Shown here: one piece after another, positions 45,650 to 52,656 of the stretch
Numbering within the stretch: the stretch's first letter is position 1
Layout of the letters: each line of letters begins with the position of its first letter
Source of the DNA: a virus
Lineage: Duplodnaviria; Caudoviricetes
Direction: 5' to 3' (one strand)
DNA: 56,405 nt
Virus record (IMG/VR): IMGVR_UViG_3300037714_000226
Span: 1 to 56,405 of that record
The notes under the pieces: generated by a model
Databases searched by the model: none
Told to the model about the DNA's origin: nothing
The model's input: only the letters and a program-made list of their open reading frames with translations
Translations under genes and position numbers: made by a program

Positions 45650-46519
45650 TTACAGATCAGCGAGAAGGCTCTTGAGACCCTTCACCGACGCCGGATCGAG
45701 GTCGCCGATGGCGAAGCGAACGCCTCGGAGGAACTCCGGATCCAATTCCGACTCGACAGCGACGAGTTTCTTGAGTGTGCCCTTGCGGGGTGCAATGAGG
45801 CCACCGTTCTGCTTCTTCCGGGTTCGCGTGACCTTGCTGACCGAGACCTTCTTGCCGGCGGACTCGGACACAAGCTTGTCGAGGGTCGACTCCGCCTCCT
45901 CATTGGAGAGGCCGCTGAGTTTCACCGCAGCCGAAGCGCTGATTTGACCGTCGTTGACGGCGTTCTTCACCTTGGTCGGCAGACTCATGATCTTCTCGTA
46001 GTTACGTACCGTCTGCTCGGTCGCCCCGATCGTGATGGCTACCTCGGCGTAGTCGCCGCCATTGCGCCTGAGCATGCGGCACACTTTATCGGCCTTGACG
46101 ATCAGACTCTCGTCCATCCTGACCGAGTTCAGCGCCGCAGAGACGCGTTCCATCATTTCTGGCGTGCCCTTCCGAAGTCGGACCGGAACGATGATGGGCA
46201 CCTCACCCTTCTTCGCCAAGCGCTTGTTGGCCTCTCTGGCATGGATGATCCGGCGCCGCCCGTCGACAGCACAGATCTGTCCCTCCGGGTTCTTCCACAC
46301 AGACACGGTCTGATCGATCCCGAATTCCATGAGGTTGATCACGGTGGGTTCGTGGATCTCATGCCGGAGATTCTTGTCGTGAAGCGGATGCTCGGGACCA
46401 TCCTTGGTATCGATACCGATGATGGTGATGTCCTCCGGACGCATCCGGAAGATGCTCTCGCGTGGAGCATCGATTGCGGTCTTGCTACCGCCACTCTTCT
46501 TGGACGTTTCGAGAACCAT
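45650..46519 (-). CDS. parB: ParB-like protein
   Basis: ATG 46519 with SD GAGGAG; FGIDQTVSV, VDGRRRI (GxRR box), LNSVR, HTH YAEVAITIGATEQTVRNY, AVNDGQISASAA. Confidence 0.85.
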   Translation of the reverse strand: MVLETSKKSGGSKTAIDAPRESIFRMRPEDITIIGIDTKDGPEHPLHDKNLRHEIHEPTVINLMEFGIDQTVSVWKNPEGQICAVDGRRRIIHAREANKRLAKKGEVPIIVPVRLRKGTPEMMERVSAALNSVRMDESLIVKADKVCRMLRRNGGDYAEVAITIGATEQTVRNYEKIMSLPTKVKNAVNDGQISASAAVKLSGLSNEEAESTLDKLVSESAGKKVSVSKVTRTRKKQNGGLIAPRKGTLKKLVAVESELDPEFLRGVRFAIGDLDPASVKGLKSLLADL

Positions 46520-46542
46520 GGGGACTCCTCCTATTCCTGACC

Positions 46543-46570
46543 ATCTTATAGCATGGTTTGCGATAGTCAA
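46543..46570 (-). promoter_or_regulatory. Sigma70-like promoter, TTGACWADCG family
   Basis: TTGACT-N16-TAAGAT; spacer shares CGCAAACCAT with the promoter at 24359. Confidence 0.65.
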
Positions 46571-49500
46571 GCTGCGCTGGAATCCTTTTCGTCTTCTTCG
46601 ATCTCGATACCCTTCGATTCGAGGATGTGCTGAGCGAGTTTCTTCACATGGTTTGGATCGACCTCCAGCTTCTCGACCAAGTCCATGTTGGGATCCTTGA
46701 GACCCTCGATCTGCTGCTTCTTGATCCCAAGCACGTCGGCGACGATTGGATCGGAGCCGTCTTCGCTCACGAGGTAGTAGGCTACCGAGCCATGACTCTG
46801 CCCGTCACGGTAGACGCGGCCTATGCAGTTGCCCACGACTGCCACCTTGCCACCACGCCTCACAACGAGAGTGCCTACCACATTGGTCAGGCACCATACG
46901 CGCTGAGCGCTCCACGGCTGCGCCCTAATCCTGTTGGGTTTAGATGGCCCCGGGAGCGACGCCTCTTCCGCTTCTGCGATCCAGATGTCGTACACCTTGC
47001 TTCCGACCTTGGTCCGGGACTTTCTCTCTGAGATGTTGGCCGACATGCCACGTCTGACACAAATAGACTGAAGTCGATCCAGCATCGTCTTGTTGATCGA
47101 GGTGATCCTCTTGACGTTCTTGAGTCGCGGCGACTTGCTGCCGTCACCCATCCATAGACCGTGAAGGAAGTGGTCAAGTTGCTTCCTAGTCATGCCGTCC
47201 AAAAGCAGGCTCAAATCCTTATCCAGGTACGGCTCCAAATGATCCCACCCGCGCCCCATGCGTTGACGCAGCACCCCGCCGACCTCCTGGTCGACAAACC
47301 TCCTGTAACGCTTCCCAACAGCCGCAGCGCCACGATCAATAACCTCAGCAACCTCACCGTAGGACGAGCCGGAGGCGACCATTTGCTTCATCTGATCAAT
47401 CTCGTCGACCGACCAGCGACGCGCCCCACGACCGCTGGGCACGTAATACACGTTCATTCCGTTTGGGCGCGTACATACGCCCCAATCAACTCCGCACTGA
47501 TTCAACGTCTCCACCAGGTCAGCGTTCCACCGCTGGTGCTTGGCCTGGTAGATCTGAAGCTGCATCCCGTTGAAGCTCCCGTCCGACACAAACCACCCGA
47601 TCAGCCTCAACTCATGGTCTGTCAACGGAACCCCTGAGACGACATCCTCTTGTCCCGAAACAGGCACGCATCGCCTCGACGCATTCTGTAGCTCTTCAGC
47701 CCGAATAATCTCCCACTCGGATCTGTCGCCCTTGGCGGATCTTTTCTTTCGGCGCACCACCATCCGATGCCTGCCCGTAACAAGAAGATCGATCTTCTCG
47801 GTTTTCACGGCGAACATCTGTTCTGTGTCGGCCAGTGGGCGGTCTGTCTTCCCGGTCGCCGGAAGCCACACGATCTTGCCGTCGTCGAATGCTGCCACCT
47901 CATCCCCGACCCCTACGTGGTCGACTCCCTTGAACCCGCCCCTGGTCAGCACCTCGGTGTCTTCAGAAAGACACTGCTCGTGGACACCGGGGGACCAGTC
48001 CAACTCGCCGAAGACGATGGTGTTGCACACGTCCTGAAGTCCATCGAGCCCGGCGCCAGACCGCAGGCTCATGATGAGGACGTTCGACCTCTTCTTGAGG
48101 AACTCCTCACGCGCATGATCTTTTTGGGTGGGACTCTGCTTTCCGGTGTACAGGACCGGGTTGAACGCACGAAGCGTCTCCATCCAAATCTCATATACGG
48201 CATGGTGCCATCCACAGAGAATCACCTGACGCTCAGACTCGATGAGCATTCGAACAAAACTGGCGACGGATCGTGCCTTACCGATCCCGGTCGCTTGACG
48301 CATTCTGGTGTCCAACTCCAAGGCCGCCTTGCCCTTCGAATGCCAGTCACCGCCCTGCTTCAGGATGATCCGCGCTAGCTCCGCAGCGACGTCTTCGACA
48401 TCTTCGAGCGCCTTCGGATCAGAGTCGACCGTGTGCGGAACGATAGTCAGCGGCGGGAGTTCGCGTCCCACGTCCTTGCGCGTCCGGCGAATCATCAACC
48501 CCGCGTCGCGCGCGTAGGATCCGAACGCCTTTGGGTTTGAGAGACTGGCCTTGTCATCGCTCGACCCAGCAATACACCACTCACGACAGAACTCATGCTT
48601 CGACCCCAACGCACCTGGCCGTAGCAGATCGATGACGTTCCAAATCTCACCACCGTAGTTGTAGATCGGCGTCGCGCTCAGACCGATTCGCAGATCGACT
48701 GATCGAGATACATGATCAGCAGCCATGCTCTTGGCGGTTCTCGGATTTCCATGACGACGTAACTCCTGGCACTCGTCGTAAACCACAGACACGATCTTCG
48801 GAGCCAGCACACCCGCCCACTTGGCTAGTTTGTGGTAGTTCATGATGATGACATCGGGGAACGGCGGGTTCGATTTGAGCCACGGCGTGAACGCGGTCTG
48901 CTTCGCCAGATCGCTCTCCCTTGGCACCCTGCCTGCGAACGCACAGTGAGAGCACCCCATGCCCTCGCACGACGGGCATATGATGTGCTTGCTGGTCGTC
49001 TTTTTGATGTGGCGGATTGTCTTGTCGCGCATCCGAACTGCGATATCGTACGGTTCGGCCTTCTCGACGACGTGAACGCGCATGTCAGGTGTGAATTTGG
49101 TCAACTCCCTCGCCCACTGGGTCTGAAGATGGGTCATCGTGACCACGAGAGCCGGTCTCGTACGAGGCTCTGTGAGGGCGCAGATGGCCGTGGCGGTGTT
49201 GTGAGTCAGGATAGCTTGCTCGGTGACGTAGAGTTGATCAGTGGCAGCCACCTTGATGCACACCGACTCGACATCCCTGCTGTATTCGATGTTGCGAAGA
49301 ACCCTCCTCGGCTCTCGCCTCTGGATCGGGTTGTACCTGGCTAGTTTCCTCATGAGCCTGAACGGAGGGATGAATGAGGGGAGCCGAACGTTGACCTTGT
49401 ACTCCGTAGGCTTACCGTGATGAGACCGATCGTAGGCGGAGATCTTTCCGGTCCCGCCGAGACACTCGACCAACTCTCTGACGCCTGAAGCAAGACGTTT

Positions 49501-50703
49501 GCTGATGGTGTGGTACGACACCCGGTTTCTCGTTGCCGAACAACTCCCGTCGGCATCCATCAGGCCATGCAACAGGGCGATACGATCTTCTGGCCGAGCC
49601 CGCAGGTAACACGCTGGGATCCGCTTGTCTCCGCTGTTCACGTCCAACTCCAGTGCCCGGATCGCGTCCATACAACCTGAGAGCGTTGCGTGGACGACAC
49701 CGCTGTAGACCCTCTCGCTGCTTACTGGAGCACCCTCGGCCGCGAGATGCTCTCGCACCTCATCCCAGTCACCCTCGGACGTGGTGAGGTTCGGAGATCC
49801 GTGCCCCAGGCACCCATTCGCAATAAGCTGACCCATCGTGTACGGAGGAATCGGGAGCTGACACGTTTGCCCAGCGAACTGCACGGGAGAGGACAACAGT
49901 GGCACTGCCTTGAGGAACCCCTTGGACAGGTCCAGTTTCGTCGTCTGTTTGTGGTTGCCGGAGACCTCCCAGCGCATCTCAACGGCGGCTCCTGTCCTAA
50001 GTTGCTCAGTGGTCGCCGTAATTTCGGCCCACCTCCTGCCTCCCGAACGATACCGGAGCGTCCACAGGTGATCGGGCCCTGCCTCGGTGGACGAACTGTC
50101 ACTGAACCAAACTCGGTAGTTCGGCTTCACCCCTTGCGGGAACACCCCGAGCACCTTGGTCGGCATGCCGTTAGACCCAACAACCTCATCTCCTGATCGA
50201 AGCGTTCCGATGGCTCTCCATCCACCGGGGGTGAGCACCGGCGTGTCAATCGGCTGCTGCTTTCCGACCCCGAGGTCGTCGGCGATAAGTAACCCGCCAG
50301 AACGGAGCGCCAACTCGGCCCCAACCCTCTGGTAGTCGCGAGCTGGGATTGCCAGATCGAAACGCCTCGGCTTCAGATCACCCGACAGCACATCGGTGTA
50401 GCTCTTCTCGCGATCGCGATACTCCTTCGCGCGCGTATGGGCGTACGCGAGATCAGATTCGCGCCATTCCATCTCGAAGCGATCGGTGAACCAGATCAAC
50501 TCCAGGCACATCTCCTCGGTATCCTCAATCGATACCTGATTGATCTGCCTCTCGGTGACGCGCTTGAAGACGCGCTTGAGCCGCAGCATCACGTGCGGTT
50601 TGCACTCAATCACCCACTGACAACCCGTACTGGGCTTGTCCACAGGCATCGGCAGGATGTCGTCTGGACCCTTTTTGCAAAGGGTGACCTTTCCAACGCG
50701 CAT
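46567..50703 (-). CDS. SNF2/SMARCAL1-like helicase with two inteins
   Basis: IADDLGVGK|T, VYDECQ, LSATPIYN, IRRTRKDV, GAGLDGLQ, ELDWSPGVHEQ|CIGRVYRDGQ; ATG 50703 overlaps the upstream TGA. Confidence 0.93.
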   Translation of the reverse strand: MRVGKVTLCKKGPDDILPMPVDKPSTGCQWVIECKPHVMLRLKRVFKRVTERQINQVSIEDTEEMCLELIWFTDRFEMEWRESDLAYAHTRAKEYRDREKSYTDVLSGDLKPRRFDLAIPARDYQRVGAELALRSGGLLIADDLGVGKQQPIDTPVLTPGGWRAIGTLRSGDEVVGSNGMPTKVLGVFPQGVKPNYRVWFSDSSSTEAGPDHLWTLRYRSGGRRWAEITATTEQLRTGAAVEMRWEVSGNHKQTTKLDLSKGFLKAVPLLSSPVQFAGQTCQLPIPPYTMGQLIANGCLGHGSPNLTTSEGDWDEVREHLAAEGAPVSSERVYSGVVHATLSGCMDAIRALELDVNSGDKRIPACYLRARPEDRIALLHGLMDADGSCSATRNRVSYHTISKRLASGVRELVECLGGTGKISAYDRSHHGKPTEYKVNVRLPSFIPPFRLMRKLARYNPIQRREPRRVLRNIEYSRDVESVCIKVAATDQLYVTEQAILTHNTATAICALTEPRTRPALVVTMTHLQTQWARELTKFTPDMRVHVVEKAEPYDIAVRMRDKTIRHIKKTTSKHIICPSCEGMGCSHCAFAGRVPRESDLAKQTAFTPWLKSNPPFPDVIIMNYHKLAKWAGVLAPKIVSVVYDECQELRRHGNPRTAKSMAADHVSRSVDLRIGLSATPIYNYGGEIWNVIDLLRPGALGSKHEFCREWCIAGSSDDKASLSNPKAFGSYARDAGLMIRRTRKDVGRELPPLTIVPHTVDSDPKALEDVEDVAAELARIILKQGGDWHSKGKAALELDTRMRQATGIGKARSVASFVRMLIESERQVILCGWHHAVYEIWMETLRAFNPVLYTGKQSPTQKDHAREEFLKKRSNVLIMSLRSGAGLDGLQDVCNTIVFGELDWSPGVHEQCLSEDTEVLTRGGFKGVDHVGVGDEVAAFDDGKIVWLPATGKTDRPLADTEQMFAVKTEKIDLLVTGRHRMVVRRKKRSAKGDRSEWEIIRAEELQNASRRCVPVSGQEDVVSGVPLTDHELRLIGWFVSDGSFNGMQLQIYQAKHQRWNADLVETLNQCGVDWGVCTRPNGMNVYYVPSGRGARRWSVDEIDQMKQMVASGSSYGEVAEVIDRGAAAVGKRYRRFVDQEVGGVLRQRMGRGWDHLEPYLDKDLSLLLDGMTRKQLDHFLHGLWMGDGSKSPRLKNVKRITSINKTMLDRLQSICVRRGMSANISERKSRTKVGSKVYDIWIAEAEEASLPGPSKPNRIRAQPWSAQRVWCLTNVVGTLVVRRGGKVAVVGNCIGRVYRDGQSHGSVAYYLVSEDGSDPIVADVLGIKKQQIEGLKDPNMDLVEKLEVDPNHVKKLAQHILESKGIEIEEDEKDSSAA
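46828..47973 (-). mobile_element. SNF2 intein 2 (382 aa, ends Gly-Asn), LAGLIDADG with an inserted HTH
   Basis: CLSEDTEV...VTGRHR...LIGWFVSDG...FLHGLWMGDG...VVGN followed by Cys. Confidence 0.93.
49198..50259 (-). mobile_element. SNF2 intein 1 (354 aa), class 3 type, with LAGLIDADG endonuclease
   Basis: Starts QQPIDTPVLTP after Walker A GK; DHLW, SVCIKV, LTHN followed by Thr; LLHGLMDADG. Confidence 0.92.
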
Positions 50704-51062
50704 CAAAAAACTCCACCAAGCCACGCCACGACGACTCGTTTACCGTTCATCTCTTCGGGCACGCGCCGAAGTTGCGACCGTGTCGTGGCGATCACCAACT
50801 CTTTGAGCACGTCCTGGCGGGTGTATTTGTGGACCTGAATGGTCATCGCAGTCAACGCACCCTTGATTTTCACCTCGATGCCGATACCGCCATCGACTAT
50901 GAAATCGATGCGCCCGGCGTCACCGATCTGGACCTCTCGCTCAAACGGAATGCCCGCGTCGGTGAGAACGCGGGCTATTCCTGCCTGAAGATCCTTCTCG
51001 GTGTCGTAGCGAAACCGGTGGCCGCTCAGTAACTCGGCGAGTTTAGGTGCAGACGTCTGCAC
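50703..51062 (-). CDS. Small PD-(D/E)XK nuclease-fold protein
   Basis: EKDLQ...EREV...RIDF...GIEVK...QVHKY; GTG start lies inside palindrome copy 5. Confidence 0.75.
   Translation of the reverse strand: MQTSAPKLAELLSGHRFRYDTEKDLQAGIARVLTDAGIPFEREVQIGDAGRIDFIVDGGIGIEVKIKGALTAMTIQVHKYTRQDVLKELVIATTRSQLRRVPEEMNGKRVVVAWLGGVF
51047..51062. repeat. 16-bp palindrome GTGCAGACGTCTGCAC, copy 5
   Basis: Exact copy, 12 nt after the stop at 51075, covering the next start codon. Confidence 0.97.
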
Positions 51063-51074
51063 AACCGCATCCGT

Positions 51075-51443
51075 TTACGCTCTCGGCTGACTCGCCGACT
51101 TGCCGCCGTTGTCCGTGTCGGAGTCGTTGACCTTGCTGTCTCTGGCCTTGCTGTTTTCGTCCTCTTGGTGCTTCTCAGCGGCCTTTTTGGCCTCGGCGAC
51201 CTGGCGCTCGTTGAAGAGGCCCTTGACCTCTCGCTCAGCGCGCTTGATCGCATCCTTCACGATGCCCTCTCGAACAGCGAGTCTCTCGCTCAGATCCTCG
51301 AACTCCTTCCGGAGCGGTTCGGCTTCCTTCTCCATCTCGGTGACAGTCGACACGAGAGCGCGACCCCAGCCACCGCCTTTTTCGGGGAGTTTGGTGACCC
51401 ATGCGATCTGCTCCAACGCGCTCTTTGAACTCTTCTTCGGCAT
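51075..51443 (-). CDS. Hypothetical coiled-coil protein
   Basis: ATG 51443 with SD AAGGAG. Confidence 0.75.
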   Translation of the reverse strand: MPKKSSKSALEQIAWVTKLPEKGGGWGRALVSTVTEMEKEAEPLRKEFEDLSERLAVREGIVKDAIKRAEREVKGLFNERQVAEAKKAAEKHQEDENSKARDSKVNDSDTDNGGKSASQPRA

Positions 51444-51553
51444 CTTCTTCTCCTTGGATTGGGGTGCAGGACAATACCACATCACAAAAGCGATCACGTA
51501 TGCTACTCGGCAAATCTCGTGGAGAAGAAGGAGTCGCAGTGGAAGCAGCCAAG

Positions 51554-51859
51554 ATGACGACGAAGTCACGACCACGACCTGACGTCGACCCCTTCGATGA
51601 CCTAGAGGAGATGCTCCGATCCATGAGCACGCGGTTGGTAGACCAACCCGATGCCGTTGTGATCATGCAAGCTCGTGGCACGGACTTCGTACACTTCGAG
51701 GTTCGGTGCGCCTCCAAAGATCTCGGAACGCTTCTCGGCCGCCACGGGAAGCATGCCGACGCCATGCGAACGCTACTGAGCACCGCAGCGACGGTTCACG
51801 GGGTTCGTATCACCGTTCAGTTCCTCGCCACAGACGGTGGTGGCCACGCGGGTATATGA
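51554..51859 (+). CDS. khpA: KhpA-like KH-domain RNA-binding protein
   Basis: LVDQPDAV...DLGTLLGRHGKHADAMRTLL (GxxG loop); start uncertain. Confidence 0.85.
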   Translation: MTTKSRPRPDVDPFDDLEEMLRSMSTRLVDQPDAVVIMQARGTDFVHFEVRCASKDLGTLLGRHGKHADAMRTLLSTAATVHGVRITVQFLATDGGGHAGI

Positions 51860-52578
51860 CCAGGTCGCGCTCTTCTTCGCTTGGGACAGCCTCCGTAGGT
51901 ATCCTGGGTGCATTCCTTCAGGAACCGGAGATCATCGGAGTGTTTCCCTCACTGAGCGCCACCTACATGCCACACGGCCAAGACATCGTCTTTCACCGTG
52001 GCGACAGCTTCGATGTTCCGATCCAAATCCAAAACGATCTGGACCCGCCAGATCCATTCCGACTCGACAACGCCGTAGTTCGGTGGGCCGCCAAACAGAA
52101 CAAGGCGAGCGAATCGATCCCCCCTTCGGATTTGAATCTCCTGATTCGCAAATCGAGCTACGACCAATCCGAGATCGAAATCACCAACGCGACCAAGGGT
52201 CAGGCAGTCCTGAAAATCAGACGCGCCGACACCATGAATCTTCCTCAGTCCGTGGCTTGCTGGGATCTCGAAGTCACCATTCCCAAAGAGGAACTATTCG
52301 TACCCGACAACGCATTCGCCACGACGGTCAAACAGAGTCCGACAGTCATGATCACCGGCTTGGATGCAACGAGTTTGGGTTTGATGTCCGGTGACATTCT
52401 GGCGACCTTCGGAGACACGCCGCACCGTGTGCTCATCAAGAACGTCTTGAGCCCGACAATGATCGAGACCGACTACACAGGATGGGATGCGGAGACCGCG
52501 ATCGATTTCAGTCTCTTCCGCACCTCGACACGCACTGTGGCCTCTGGCCGATTCCGTGCACTACTGGACGTCGCGTAA
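51856..52578 (+). CDS. Probable virion structural protein with BppU-N-like domain
   Basis: ATGA overlap; DIVFHRGDSF...FRLDNAVVRWAAK...ITNATKGQAVLKI...WDLEV...TVASGRF. Confidence 0.65.
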   Translation: MTRSRSSSLGTASVGILGAFLQEPEIIGVFPSLSATYMPHGQDIVFHRGDSFDVPIQIQNDLDPPDPFRLDNAVVRWAAKQNKASESIPPSDLNLLIRKSSYDQSEIEITNATKGQAVLKIRRADTMNLPQSVACWDLEVTIPKEELFVPDNAFATTVKQSPTVMITGLDATSLGLMSGDILATFGDTPHRVLIKNVLSPTMIETDYTGWDAETAIDFSLFRTSTRTVASGRFRALLDVA

Positions 52579-52656
52579 AAAACCCCGACGCCGCGTGGTC
52601 TGCCACACCACGTCCTTGCATCAGCGGGGCAGCGGAAGCGCAGGGGTCAAAAGCGC

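Noticed and set aside
52575-52650. GC-rich inverted repeats with a T run between convergent genes
   Set aside because: Could be a terminator, but the stem is interrupted and I could not define it with confidence
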